DNA of 64,000 nt from an uncultured Ignavibacteriaceae bacterium (GTDB lineage Bacteria; Bacteroidota; Ignavibacteria; UBA10030), in NCBI GenBank assembly GCA_964534125.1, contig CAZHOJ010000003.1, positions 265,188 through 329,187 of the forward strand, written 5' to 3'. Positions 8,152 through 17,850 of this stretch are shown here, in pieces; within the stretch, counting starts at the first letter, position 1, and each line of letters opens with the position of its first letter. Both the position numbers and the translations under genes were made by a program. The notes under the pieces were generated by a model. It was not told the DNA's origin. It did not search any database and saw only the letters and a program-made list of their open reading frames with translations.

Positions 8152-9045
8152 ATGAAAAAGCCGATCCTGTCCATCGCCCTGGTGCTCCTGCTCGTCGTCC
8201 CCCTTCTGTCGAAACCACTGCATGTCGTCGCAACGTATCCGTACATCGGGGACCTTGTGGAACGCATCGGCGGCCGGAACGTGAGGGTGTTCGTGCTCGC
8301 ACGAGGAGACTACAATCCGCACATCATCATCCCGCGCCCCTCATTCATTGCCCAGATCCGCCGCGCCGACCTCATCGTCATCAGCGGGGCACAGCTTGAG
8401 ATCGGATGGATACCCCCTCTCCTCCGGCAAGCGAACAATCCTTCGGTGCAGCCGGGTGAACCGGGATTCCTCGATCTGTCGGGTTTCGTCACGTTGATCG
8501 ACAAGCCGGAGTCCGTATCGCGGGAAAAGGGGGATATTCACCCTGACGGCAACCCTCATTATTACCTCGATCCGGGTAACATCCTTCTTCTTGCGGAGGC
8601 CATCGCCGGCAGACTGACGCAGCTCGACTCGCGGAACAGCTCATTCTATGCCGAACGGCTCCGGGAATTCACCGACATGTGGAGTGGAAAGCTGAGCGAA
8701 TGGAACGATGCGATGAGGCCCCTCGAGGGCACCCGGATTGTCGAATATCACAAGAACTACGATTACTTTGTCCTTCGCTATGGCCTCGTCCTGGCCGGCA
8801 CCGTAGAGGTTCTGCCCGGCATCCCCCCGACCTCGAAGCACATCGAGCAGCTGGAGGCCATCCTGGCGACCGACCCGGCACGAATCGTCCTCCAGGACGT
8901 GTACAATCCCGATGATGCTTCGCGCCACCTGTGCGGGAAGCTGAACATGAAACTTGTCGTGCTGCCTCACGACATCGGGGCGGTGGACGAGGTGAACACC
9001 ATCGTATCCCTGTTCGACGAAATGGTCAGGAGGATCACACAATGA
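8152..9045 (+). CDS. Metal ABC transporter substrate-binding protein, tandem paralog copy 2
   Basis: Same motifs as copy 1 (DIHPDGNPHYYLDP). GGAGGAGG lies upstream of ATG 8152. The ORF extension back to 7891 overlaps copy 1 and is rejected. Confidence 0.85.
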   Translation: MKKPILSIALVLLLVVPLLSKPLHVVATYPYIGDLVERIGGRNVRVFVLARGDYNPHIIIPRPSFIAQIRRADLIVISGAQLEIGWIPPLLRQANNPSVQPGEPGFLDLSGFVTLIDKPESVSREKGDIHPDGNPHYYLDPGNILLLAEAIAGRLTQLDSRNSSFYAERLREFTDMWSGKLSEWNDAMRPLEGTRIVEYHKNYDYFVLRYGLVLAGTVEVLPGIPPTSKHIEQLEAILATDPARIVLQDVYNPDDASRHLCGKLNMKLVVLPHDIGAVDEVNTIVSLFDEMVRRITQ

Positions 9046-9797
9046 CGGATATCTTGCTCTCGGCGTTCGTTCTTTCCATCGTCCTGCTCGGCATCCATTC
9101 CTACTTCGGCCTGGAGATCATCAAGCGGGGGATCATCTTCACGGACCTTGCCATCGGACAGATGGCCGCGCTGGGAGCTGCCGTTTCCATCCTGTTCTTT
9201 GACGGAGAGTGGCTCGAACTCCTTTCCCTCTCCTTTGCACTGCTCGCAGGGGGCGTCGTCGCTGTTGCCGCTCATCGGACAGACACGCACGAGGCCTTCA
9301 TCGGGCTCCTGTATGCCTTCGGGCTGTCGGCGGTCTACATCATCCTGTCGCAGTCATACCACGGCATGGAAGCCTTCCAGAAGCTGATGGCCTCCGACAT
9401 CCTATTCACACCCTACGAGGAGATCCTTTGGACCGCTGTTGTGTACGCATTCCTCGGGCTCGTCATCTACTTCGTGTACCGGCGTGTCACGGGTTTCCTG
9501 AAGGAGGCTGTATTCTTCATCACCTTCGCCATCACGGTCACGCTGGCGGTCCGCCTGGCGGGTGTGCTGGTGGTGTTCGCGTTGCTCGTCGCTCCTGCCC
9601 TCATCGCAACGAAGATCAGGAAAGGGAACCGCCTGCTCAACGCATGGATCATCGGCACGCTGGTCAACGTCCTGGCGATTTTCATTTCCTACACCTTCGA
9701 TTTCCCCACCGGATACACGCTCGTTGCACTTCATGCCGCACTGGCACTTCTCTTCACGATGATCGCCGATTCGCCGCAGATGAAACAATCCGGGTAG
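9042..9797 (+). CDS. ABC-3 family metal transporter permease (ZnuB/TroC-like)
   Basis: 251 aa with about 7-8 TM segments. ATGA overlap with the copy-2 stop. IFTDLAIGQMAALGAA is typical of ABC-3 permeases. Confidence 0.85.
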   Translation: MTDILLSAFVLSIVLLGIHSYFGLEIIKRGIIFTDLAIGQMAALGAAVSILFFDGEWLELLSLSFALLAGGVVAVAAHRTDTHEAFIGLLYAFGLSAVYIILSQSYHGMEAFQKLMASDILFTPYEEILWTAVVYAFLGLVIYFVYRRVTGFLKEAVFFITFAITVTLAVRLAGVLVVFALLVAPALIATKIRKGNRLLNAWIIGTLVNVLAIFISYTFDFPTGYTLVALHAALALLFTMIADSPQMKQSG

Positions 9798-9854
9798 GCC
9801 TGCAGTTCATCCTCTGGAATGGTACATTGCAGGGAATATTGGCAAGGATGACCT

Positions 9855-10883
9855 ATGGCAACCGGCTCTCAGACGATCCTCATAACCGGTGCGAACGGTG
9901 AGATCGGGCACGCACTGATCGATCACCTCGCGGACCAGGACGGGACGCGCATCGTGGCGATGGACCTCGACCCGATCGACGAGCGGCTGCGGCCCAAATG
10001 CTCCCAGGTGTTCGTTGGCGACATCCTGAACACAGCCCTCCTTGAGAACATGTCGACGGGGTCGGACTTCGATGTGATCTATCACCTCGCCGCACTTCTC
10101 TCGACCCGCGCAGAGCGACAGCCTACCCTCGCCCACCATGTGAACGTTGACGGGACGCTGAATATCCTCGAGATGGCCGTCACTCAATCCCGCCTGCAGG
10201 GGCGCGAGATCAAGGTGGTCTATCCGAGCACGATCGCCGTGTATGGCCTGCCCGATCAGGAGTCCAAAGAACGGGCCGGGGCAGTCCGCGAGGACGAATG
10301 GTGCATGCCGCGGACGATCTACGGGCTCAATAAGCTCTACGCCGAACATCTTGGGCTGTATTATTCACGCTACTACCGCCAGCTCGACGCCGAGCAGGTG
10401 CAGGGCCGGGTCGATTTCCGGGGACTTCGCTTCCCCGGTCTGATCAGCTCGAACACTGTCCCCTCGGGCGGCACGAGCGACTACCTTCCAGAGATGCTCC
10501 ACGCCGCCGCACAGGGAAAGCCGTATGCCTCCTTCGTGCGCGAGGATTCCCGCATCCCTTTCATGACGATGCCCGATGCGGTCCGTGCTCTCCTGGGCCT
10601 CGCTGCCGCTGACCGGGAGAAGCTCACCCGGCAGGTCTACAACGTTCGGGCCTTCAATCCGTCCGCAACGGAGTTCCGCGACCGCGTCCTGAAGGCCTTT
10701 CCGGGGGCCGACATCTCCTTCAAGCCTGACCTCAAACGGCAACGGATCGTTGACAGCTGGCCGGCGGATGTCGATGCAAGCGCTGCAGCGCGAGACTGGA
10801 ACTGGAAGCCGGAGCATTCCTTCGACCATGCCTTTGCGGATTACCTCGTCCCCTCCGTGAGGAAGCGCTACGGGGCAGCATAA
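9855..10883 (+). CDS. NAD-dependent epimerase/dehydratase family SDR (L-threonine 3-dehydrogenase-like)
   Basis: ILITGANGEIGHALIDHL Rossmann motif and YGLNKLYAE (YxxxK). Confidence 0.8.
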   Translation: MATGSQTILITGANGEIGHALIDHLADQDGTRIVAMDLDPIDERLRPKCSQVFVGDILNTALLENMSTGSDFDVIYHLAALLSTRAERQPTLAHHVNVDGTLNILEMAVTQSRLQGREIKVVYPSTIAVYGLPDQESKERAGAVREDEWCMPRTIYGLNKLYAEHLGLYYSRYYRQLDAEQVQGRVDFRGLRFPGLISSNTVPSGGTSDYLPEMLHAAAQGKPYASFVREDSRIPFMTMPDAVRALLGLAAADREKLTRQVYNVRAFNPSATEFRDRVLKAFPGADISFKPDLKRQRIVDSWPADVDASAAARDWNWKPEHSFDHAFADYLVPSVRKRYGAA

Positions 10884-10887
10884 CGCC

Positions 10888-11502
10888 ATGGACGTCGATC
10901 AGATCATAAGGAGTGTTCCCGCGTCGGGAACGGATGTGCAGCTTCGGGAGCGCGGTTACGACCTTCTGGAGGAGTACCTGCGCATCATCCAGGCCGCGGG
11001 ATTCGACCCCATGCTTCCGGTGCTCGAACTGGCCAGCGGCCCGGGACGGGCTGCTGCACTCCTGAGCCGCCTCGGCTATCGCATCATTACGGGGGACATC
11101 ACTCTGGAGAAGGAGGCCGATATGCGCCATCGGATGACGCCGGCCTTCGAACACCTCCTCACAGCGTGCCGCCTTGACATGCTACACCTTCCCTTCCGCG
11201 ACAATGTTGTCCACTCCATTCTGTGCGTGAACACCATCCATGAGCTCCATGACCCGCGGCGATGCGTCGACGAGCTGGTCCGCATCCATCAACCCGATGG
11301 AACGCTCGTCCTGAGCGATTTCAACGAGGAGGGATTCGACCTGATGCAGGCGATCCACCTGGAGGTCCATGGAAAGGACCACTACCGCGGTGCGGTCGAT
11401 CTGTCAGAGCTCCTCCCCCATCTCCGGACACGATACGACCGGATAGCGACGATCGACACACCGCTCAATCGTAGCTACATTCTCAGGCGAAAAAGGGCCT
11501 GA
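10888..11502 (+). CDS. Class I SAM-dependent methyltransferase
   Basis: VLELASGPGRAAALL (motif I), and a downstream ..ILCVNTIHEL.. and ..DGTLVLSDF.. pattern. Confidence 0.75.
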   Translation: MDVDQIIRSVPASGTDVQLRERGYDLLEEYLRIIQAAGFDPMLPVLELASGPGRAAALLSRLGYRIITGDITLEKEADMRHRMTPAFEHLLTACRLDMLHLPFRDNVVHSILCVNTIHELHDPRRCVDELVRIHQPDGTLVLSDFNEEGFDLMQAIHLEVHGKDHYRGAVDLSELLPHLRTRYDRIATIDTPLNRSYILRRKRA

Positions 11503-11687
11503 GCCCTTCCCGATACGCTCCACTTCTCTCCACATTCCACACCGTCATCGTGAGGTTTGCCGTCCGGATTGCACATCCAGCGATCTGTCGTGTTCTCAGG
11601 GTTGCGATTGGCCGCTCAAGTCGTATCTTATAAGAGTTGGCGTTTCACGTTACACCCCATTTCTTCCACCTCACAAGGGAGGCCACT

Positions 11688-11933
11688 ATGAAAGTATCCG
11701 TCAAGCTCACGAAGGCAGAGAAGAAGAAACTCGCCAGACTGAAGCGGGATATGAAGAATACGCAGGGGAAGTTGCTGCGCACATACGACTCTATGGAACG
11801 GGCATGGAAGAAAGGGAGGAAGATCTCGTCCAGCGTCTCGAAGGATGTACAGGACACCGTAAAGCGTGCCAGGAAGGCGACGAACGAAGCGGCCACGTAC
11901 TTCGGCAAGCTGAAGCGCAAGTACCGCTCGTAG
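11688..11933 (+). CDS. Small highly basic hypothetical protein
   Basis: 81 aa, Lys/Arg-rich. GGGAGG lies 7 nt upstream of the ATG. A strong terminator follows. Confidence 0.55.
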   Translation: MKVSVKLTKAEKKKLARLKRDMKNTQGKLLRTYDSMERAWKKGRKISSSVSKDVQDTVKRARKATNEAATYFGKLKRKYRS

Positions 11934-11964
11934 CCCCCGGTCACATCCTTCCCGATCACACAAA

Positions 11965-11997
11965 AGCCCGGTCCTCACGCGACCGGGCTTCGTTTTG
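11965..11997. terminator. Bidirectional intrinsic terminator between convergent genes
   Basis: AGCCCGGTC, a 7-nt loop, GACCGGGCT, then TCGTTTT. An A-rich tract (CACAAAA) lies on the other side. Confidence 0.75.
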
Positions 11998-12049
11998 ATG
12001 ACCATCATCTAATGCGGGTGCCTGCTTCACGCAGGTCCACATGCGGCGA

Positions 12050-13135
12050 CTATCCGTGACGGATGGAAAGGATGTCGCCATCGTTCACAAGATATTCTTT
12101 TCCTTCCAGGCGCCAGTGCCCGGCTTCCTTCGCTTTGGCGAACGACCCTTCTGACGCTACGAAATGATCGTAGTGCACGACCTCCGCGCGGATGAACTTC
12201 TGCTCGAAATCAGAATGGATCGTGCCGGCCGCCTCCTGCGCGTTCATCCCCCGGCGGATCGTCCAGGCCCGGCATTCGTCCTCCCCGACGGTGAAGAACG
12301 ACTGCAGCCCCAGCAGGGCGTATGATTCCCGTATCAGCGTGTCCAGGGCGGAACTTTTGATCCCGTATTCCGCCATGAATGTCGCCGCCTCATCTTCGTT
12401 GAGCTCCGACATTTCCTGCTCGATCTTGCCGAAGAAGCTTATCACGCGGGTGTTCGTTCCGCTGATTGTTGAAGCAAGGGATGTCACGAGAGCGTCGGCC
12501 TTCTCAAGGTCCTCCTCCCCGCAATTCAATGCGATGAGCATCGGCTTGATCGTCAGCAGCTGGTATGTCCTGAGCATCCTGACCTCTTCAGGCTGCAGGT
12601 CGGCATCGCGAAGGAGCCGGCCCTCATCCAGATGCTTCTGGCAGGATTCGAGCAGCGATAGCTCGCGCTTCAAGGCATCGTCCGGGAGCTTCGCCAGCTG
12701 TTTCCGTGCCCGTTCGATGCGCCCCTCGAGAAGGGCCATGTCCGCAAGGATGAATTCGGTGTCGAGCGTCCGTATGTCGCGCATAGCATCGATCGACCCA
12801 TCCACATGAGCAACGCTCTCATCCCTGAACCCCCGCACCACGTGCACAAGCGCATCGTTGTTCTTCACATTCCCGAAGAAATTGGTGGTGAACTGCGCCG
12901 TTCCGGATTCCCCCTTCTTCAATCCCACCACGTCGACGAACTCGATGGCGGCATGAGTGGTCTTCCTGGGAGAGAAGAGCTCCACGAGCCGGTCCAGGCG
13001 CGTGTCGGGGACTTTGACCATCGCCTGGTGCGCTTCCGCCTTCACCAACGCGGCAGGGTCGAGGTGCGTTCGCGTGATCGTCTGGTAGAGGGTCGATTTG
13101 CCGGAGAACGGGAGTCCAACGATGCCTATCTGCAT
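12050..13135 (-). CDS. ychF: Redox-regulated ATPase YchF (Obg-like)
   Basis: MQIGIVGLPFSGKSTLYQ (P-loop), and a C-terminal TGS-like ..WTIRRGMNAQEAAGTIHSDF. Confidence 0.95.
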   Translation of the reverse strand: MQIGIVGLPFSGKSTLYQTITRTHLDPAALVKAEAHQAMVKVPDTRLDRLVELFSPRKTTHAAIEFVDVVGLKKGESGTAQFTTNFFGNVKNNDALVHVVRGFRDESVAHVDGSIDAMRDIRTLDTEFILADMALLEGRIERARKQLAKLPDDALKRELSLLESCQKHLDEGRLLRDADLQPEEVRMLRTYQLLTIKPMLIALNCGEEDLEKADALVTSLASTISGTNTRVISFFGKIEQEMSELNEDEAATFMAEYGIKSSALDTLIRESYALLGLQSFFTVGEDECRAWTIRRGMNAQEAAGTIHSDFEQKFIRAEVVHYDHFVASEGSFAKAKEAGHWRLEGKEYLVNDGDILSIRHG

Positions 13136-13169
13136 ATCATGCTTTCTCTGTCATATGATGTGAATATGC

Positions 13170-13218
13170 TCTCGCAACGTTCGCAACGAAGGCAACGACC
13201 GCAACGAAAGACAAAACG
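13170..13218 (+). repeat. Half copy of the 167-bp MITE-like element (left arm only)
   Basis: CTCGCAACGTTCGCAACGAAGGCAACGACCGCAACGAAAGACAAAAC aligns with the left arm of the copy at 58601-58767. Confidence 0.55.
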
Positions 13219-13394
13219 AGCATCTTGAAGAACATTGCTCCATGGCCCTTTCGTGAACAGCACTTTTGTATGATACATCGGACGCTCGGCAAGTTCAATT
13301 GCTCAGGCACTGCCGATCGATCCGGATACCCGTCATTCCCAAACTCCGGAATTCTCCTTCCTTCTTTCATCAAAAAACCGTATCACACTGCGTC

Positions 13395-14789
13395 ATGAGA
13401 ATCCAATTCCTCGGGGCGGCCAGGACGGTCACGGGCTCCATGCACCTGATCAGCGTGAACGGCAAGCAGGTCCTGCTCGACTGCGGGATGTTCCAGGGCA
13501 GCAGGAAGCACACCTATGAGCGGAACCACGAATTTCCGTTCGATCCGGCCACCATCGATGCTGTGGTCCTTTCCCATGCCCACATCGACCACGCCGGGAA
13601 CCTCCCGAACCTCGTCAAGCAGGGTTTTTCCGGCCCCATCTGCTGCACTCCCGCCACTGCCGACCTGTGCCGACTGATGCTGGCGGACAGCGCACGCATC
13701 CAGGAACGGGATGCAGAGTTCGTGAGCAAGCGCCACGCACGGAAGAAGAAGCCGCCGGTCGAGCCGCTCTACACCACCGAAGATGTGCAGCCCACGCTCG
13801 ATCTGCTGACGGAGGTCCCGTACGAAAAGCCGTTCGCTGTCGTCGACGGGGTCGACGGGGCGTTCTTCGATGCCGGTCACATCCTCGGATCTGCTTCTGT
13901 GCGTCTGTCGTTGCAAGAGAACGGAAAAGAGATGGTCCTTGGATTCTCCGGAGATGTCGGACGTCCTGTCACACCGATCCTCCGGCCCCCACAGCACATG
14001 GGCGAGCTCGACGCGCTTATCTGCGAGAGCACCTATGGCGGCCGAGTGCATGACGGGCTGAACACGATGACCGACCGTTTCCTGGATGTCATCACGCGAA
14101 CCGCTGACCGCGGCGGCAAGGTCATCATCCCGTCGTTCAGCGTCGGGCGGACGCAGGATATCGTCTTCAAGCTGAACAACCTGACGAACGAGGGAAAGCT
14201 GCCGGACATTCCGGTCTTCGTGGACAGCCCCCTTTCCACCAACGCCACCGAGGTCTTTCGCAGACACCCCGAGTGCTTCGACGAGAAGACCCGTGAGATC
14301 ATGAAGACAGACGACGACGTGTTCGGATTCGACCGGCTCACCTACACCCGGGACGTGGGAGAGTCGAAAGCGTTGAACGACCGGAAGGGGCCGTTCATCG
14401 TCATCTCTGCCTCGGGCATGTGCGAAGCGGGGCGCATTGTCCATCACCTCCGGAATTCCATCGAAGACCCGAAGAACACGGTGATGATCGTCGGGTACCA
14501 AGCGGAGAATACGCTGGGGAGGAAGATCGTGGAGCGGCACCCGGAGGTGCCCATCTTCGGGGAGGCGATGAAGCTGAACGCCGAGGTCGCCGTGATGAAC
14601 TCGTTCAGTGCACACGCCGATCGGAACGAACTCCTCGCCTGGGTCGACCGGTTCCCCGCCGGGAGGCTGCGGAAGATATTCCTTGTGCATGGCGATCAGG
14701 ACCAGTCGGATAAATTCGCCGGGACACTGACACAGCGCGGATTCCGGGAGGTCCATGTTCCCGAGCGCCTCGAAACAGCCGAGATCTGA
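13395..14789 (+). CDS. MBL-fold metallo-hydrolase, beta-CASP RNA-metabolising family
   Basis: SHAHIDHAG (HxHxDH), FDAGHILGS, CESTYG, SAHAD and a final ..LVHGD motif. Confidence 0.9.
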   Translation: MRIQFLGAARTVTGSMHLISVNGKQVLLDCGMFQGSRKHTYERNHEFPFDPATIDAVVLSHAHIDHAGNLPNLVKQGFSGPICCTPATADLCRLMLADSARIQERDAEFVSKRHARKKKPPVEPLYTTEDVQPTLDLLTEVPYEKPFAVVDGVDGAFFDAGHILGSASVRLSLQENGKEMVLGFSGDVGRPVTPILRPPQHMGELDALICESTYGGRVHDGLNTMTDRFLDVITRTADRGGKVIIPSFSVGRTQDIVFKLNNLTNEGKLPDIPVFVDSPLSTNATEVFRRHPECFDEKTREIMKTDDDVFGFDRLTYTRDVGESKALNDRKGPFIVISASGMCEAGRIVHHLRNSIEDPKNTVMIVGYQAENTLGRKIVERHPEVPIFGEAMKLNAEVAVMNSFSAHADRNELLAWVDRFPAGRLRKIFLVHGDQDQSDKFAGTLTQRGFREVHVPERLETAEI

Positions 14790-14894
14790 ACATTGTCATA
14801 CCCTCAGGTGGCGCGAAATTCATACGGAATTACTATCTTTGGGAACCTCATTCACGCTTCACAGCTGCACACCATCACTACACAGGAGGCATCC

Positions 14895-16565
14895 ATGAAC
14901 CGAACGTTACTGCTTGTCGCGGCAACGGTCCTTTTCGTCGTCGCCGGCACCGCCCAGACGTGGGAACTGACATGGAAACTGGACAATGTGCCGTTCTCAC
15001 AGAAGACCGACGAAATGGCCATGGTCAAGGCAGGATTCGACACAGACAATGACGGGTGGGGAGAATTCCTTTGTTCCTGGACGGACGAAGACACGAATGC
15101 CGTCCTTCTCTATGAGGCCACTGCGGACAACACGTACGAGCTCAAGTGGTGGTTCGTCTATCCAGTCTCTGGCGCATCCTTCGCTTCGTTCGCAGTCGGC
15201 GACGTGAACTCCAACGGAAAGGTTGACATCGTCGTCGCATTCCCGTCGTATGTCGACACGGACGTTAATCCCCCCCGGTTCTGGACATTCGAATGGAACG
15301 GCGTACAGGGAGAGAATGTGTATGGCACGTGGAACGCCGGATCCAATGCGTTCGAGCCAAACGACCACTGGAACCTGGGCGTTGCGGACAGCTATGAATT
15401 CCGGCCGTACAGCATACTTATCGACGATATCGATAAAGATTCACAGAACGAACTCATCGTCGGTGTGCGTCAGGCAACGCCCTCCTCAACCCGGGAGATC
15501 TATGTAGCATCCTTCGCTGGAGATTGGGGAGGATTTATGACGTGGGAGGTCGAGTATCGCTTCTCCGGAACATTCGGAGGTTCGCTGTACAGCACGACCA
15601 TCGGAGACCTTGATAATGATGGGAACAAGGAACTTCACGCCTTCATCTGGAACCTGTGGTCGCTGAAGGTCATCGAATGCACCGGCAACAAGCAGTATAC
15701 CGAGTCCGCATTCATCGATGCGTTGTATACGGCCGATGGCACAGACTACGGAGCAGTGGACGGCGTCGTGACGCTCGACGTGAATGGCGACAACTCGAAC
15801 GAGATGTACATCGCCGGAAGCGAGGACCCTAACAAGCTGTTCGTCCTCTCCGGGATCACGGACGTCAGCCTGCTCACAGGAACTGATGTGAAAGAGTTCT
15901 ACACGATCCCGCCAGTCGTCAATGGCGGGTTCCGATCGATGCAGGCCGCGGACCAGGACGGGGACGGAAAGATCGAACTGGTCATCGCGGGCGAAGCGGA
16001 AGGACGCATCCATTCTCTTGAGTACAAAGGGACGGGCGACCCTGCGGATTCCGCCAATTGGGAATATTCTTTGCTCTTTGATATTGCCACGGAGACTGAC
16101 TCGGCCGTGACGCCCAGGTTCTTCTATGGATATCCCGCAGGAGATATGGACAAGGACGGAAAGGCCGAATATGCATTCGTCAACTACAGCCCCGACTATG
16201 CTTCCTATCCGGGTGATGCACCCCTTCGCATCATCGAGATGAGCTCTGTGACGGATGTGCGGGACGATGGAGCCGGCATTCCGGAAGGATTCGAGCTCGG
16301 ACAGAACTTCCCGAATCCTTTCAATCCGACGACGTCGTTCACATACCGTGTTCCGCTCCACAGCCGTGTGCAGGTGCGTGTCTTCACTATCACGGGCGAG
16401 CTCGTGGCAATGCTCGTGAACGGCGAGAAGGAACCCGGTGCTTACACGGCGACCTGGGAGCCGAACCTCCCGAGCGGCACGTATCTTTACCAGATCGTGG
16501 CCGAGCCGCTCGACGGAAGCGGCCAGCGCTTCTCTGAGTCGAAGAAGATGATCCTGCTCCGATAA
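14895..16565 (+). CDS. FG-GAP/VCBS-repeat (integrin-alpha-like propeller) protein with a T9SS C-terminal sorting domain
   Basis: Signal peptide. Seven DxDxDG-like loops (DTDNDGWGEF, GDVNSNGKVD, DDIDKDSQNE, GDLDNDGNKE, LDVNGDNSNE, ADQDGDGKIE, GDMDKDGKAE). CTD is NFPNPFNPTTSF..KKMILLR. Confidence 0.85.
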   Translation: MNRTLLLVAATVLFVVAGTAQTWELTWKLDNVPFSQKTDEMAMVKAGFDTDNDGWGEFLCSWTDEDTNAVLLYEATADNTYELKWWFVYPVSGASFASFAVGDVNSNGKVDIVVAFPSYVDTDVNPPRFWTFEWNGVQGENVYGTWNAGSNAFEPNDHWNLGVADSYEFRPYSILIDDIDKDSQNELIVGVRQATPSSTREIYVASFAGDWGGFMTWEVEYRFSGTFGGSLYSTTIGDLDNDGNKELHAFIWNLWSLKVIECTGNKQYTESAFIDALYTADGTDYGAVDGVVTLDVNGDNSNEMYIAGSEDPNKLFVLSGITDVSLLTGTDVKEFYTIPPVVNGGFRSMQAADQDGDGKIELVIAGEAEGRIHSLEYKGTGDPADSANWEYSLLFDIATETDSAVTPRFFYGYPAGDMDKDGKAEYAFVNYSPDYASYPGDAPLRIIEMSSVTDVRDDGAGIPEGFELGQNFPNPFNPTTSFTYRVPLHSRVQVRVFTITGELVAMLVNGEKEPGAYTATWEPNLPSGTYLYQIVAEPLDGSGQRFSESKKMILLR

Positions 16566-16599
16566 ATACCGTGCGCACGCACCTCGTGCGCGATCCTAT

Positions 16600-16646
16600 G
16601 AAGGCCTCCTCCCCAGCGTACCGTCTGGCAGGAGGCCTTCGCTTTG
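16600..16646 (+). terminator. Intrinsic terminator
   Basis: GAAGGCCTCCT (16600-16610) pairs with AGGAGGCCTTC (16630-16640), followed by GCTTTG. Confidence 0.65.
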
Positions 16647-16680
16647 CATCCCATGGCAGCATGGTTCCATTGTATCCGGA

Positions 16681-17850
16681 GTGACCCTCATGCTCTCAAT
16701 GTTCATTCGTCAGCTCAGCCTCGGCCTGAGCATTTCGCTTGCCGGCATCTCATGCGGATTCCTCGCCGGCAATCTTCCATCCATGACGTCCCCCCTGGAC
16801 GGAGTGAAAGATATTTCGCTCCCGCCCGGTTTCTCCATCGAGGTCTACGTCGATGACATCGACGGGGCCCGTTCGATGACGCGAGGCCCGGGAGGTGTTC
16901 TGTTCGTTGGGAGCAGGAATACCGGGATCGTCTACGCCGTTAAAAGTACTGCGGGCGGATCAAAGGAGGTTCTCACGATCGCGAGCGGACTCAATTCGCC
17001 GAACGGAGTGGCGTTCAGGGACGGATCCCTGTACGTCGCCGAGATCTCAAGGGTCATCCGGTTCGACAATATCGAGTCTTCGCTGCACACTCCCCCGGAA
17101 CCCGTTGTGGTGAACGACAGCTTCCCCGCCGACCGCCATCACGGGTGGAAGTTCATCCGCTTCGGACCGGATGGAAAGCTCTACGTTCCGGTGGGCGCGC
17201 CCTGCAACACCTGCGAGCGGGACGATCCCCGGTATGCCTCCATCATGAGGATGAACCCGGATGGGACGGAGCTTGAACTGTTCGCATCGGGTGTCCGCAA
17301 TACGGTCGGCTTCGACTGGGATCCCGCCGATGATGTGCTTTGGTTCACCGATAACGGGCGCGACAACCTTGGAGATGACATTCCGCCGGACGAGCTCAAC
17401 GCGGCACCGCGAAAAGGGATGCACTTCGGCTTTCCGTACCTGTTCGGCAGGAACGTCCGGGATCCGGCGTATGCTCCCGTAGCAGATGTATTGCGATACA
17501 CGCCGCCTGAAGCGGAATTCGGGGCACATGTCGCGGCGCTAGGGATGCGGTTCTACACCGGGACGATGTTCCCGGAACGTTACCGCAACGGCATCTTCGT
17601 CGCCGAGCATGGTTCCTGGAACCGGTCGGTACCCGACGGATACAGAGTGACCTTCATTCCCGTCACGAACGGAAAGGCCGGGAAACCGGAAGTGTTTGCG
17701 GAAGGTTGGCTGGATGGCTCAACGGCCTGGGGACGTCCTGTGGATGTGGAGGTCCTGCCGGACGGATCGTTGCTGATATCGGACGATAAGGGTGATGCGA
17801 TCTACCGGGTGACATATCGGGAGGAAGAAGCAGTACGCAGTAGGCAGTAG
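16681..17850 (+). CDS. PQQ-dependent sugar (sorbosone/aldose) dehydrogenase-like beta-propeller
   Basis: LNSPNGVAF, HHGWKFIRFGPDGKLYV, GVRNTVGFDWDP, WFTDNGRD, DELN..GMHFGFPY. N-terminal lipoprotein-like signal. GTG start as given by the track. Confidence 0.85.
   Translation: MTLMLSMFIRQLSLGLSISLAGISCGFLAGNLPSMTSPLDGVKDISLPPGFSIEVYVDDIDGARSMTRGPGGVLFVGSRNTGIVYAVKSTAGGSKEVLTIASGLNSPNGVAFRDGSLYVAEISRVIRFDNIESSLHTPPEPVVVNDSFPADRHHGWKFIRFGPDGKLYVPVGAPCNTCERDDPRYASIMRMNPDGTELELFASGVRNTVGFDWDPADDVLWFTDNGRDNLGDDIPPDELNAAPRKGMHFGFPYLFGRNVRDPAYAPVADVLRYTPPEAEFGAHVAALGMRFYTGTMFPERYRNGIFVAEHGSWNRSVPDGYRVTFIPVTNGKAGKPEVFAEGWLDGSTAWGRPVDVEVLPDGSLLISDDKGDAIYRVTYREEEAVRSRQ

Noticed and set aside
13383-14756. 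Long antisense ORFs opposite well-supported genes. Examples are 13383-14756 (457 aa), 15486-16361, 7131-7976, 46834-48390 (518 aa), 51260-52228, 53764-54657 and 37602-38348.
   Set aside because: They are Arg/Pro/Gly/His-rich with no motifs, and they sit exactly antisense to genes with clear family signatures. These are typical shadow ORFs of GC-rich DNA.
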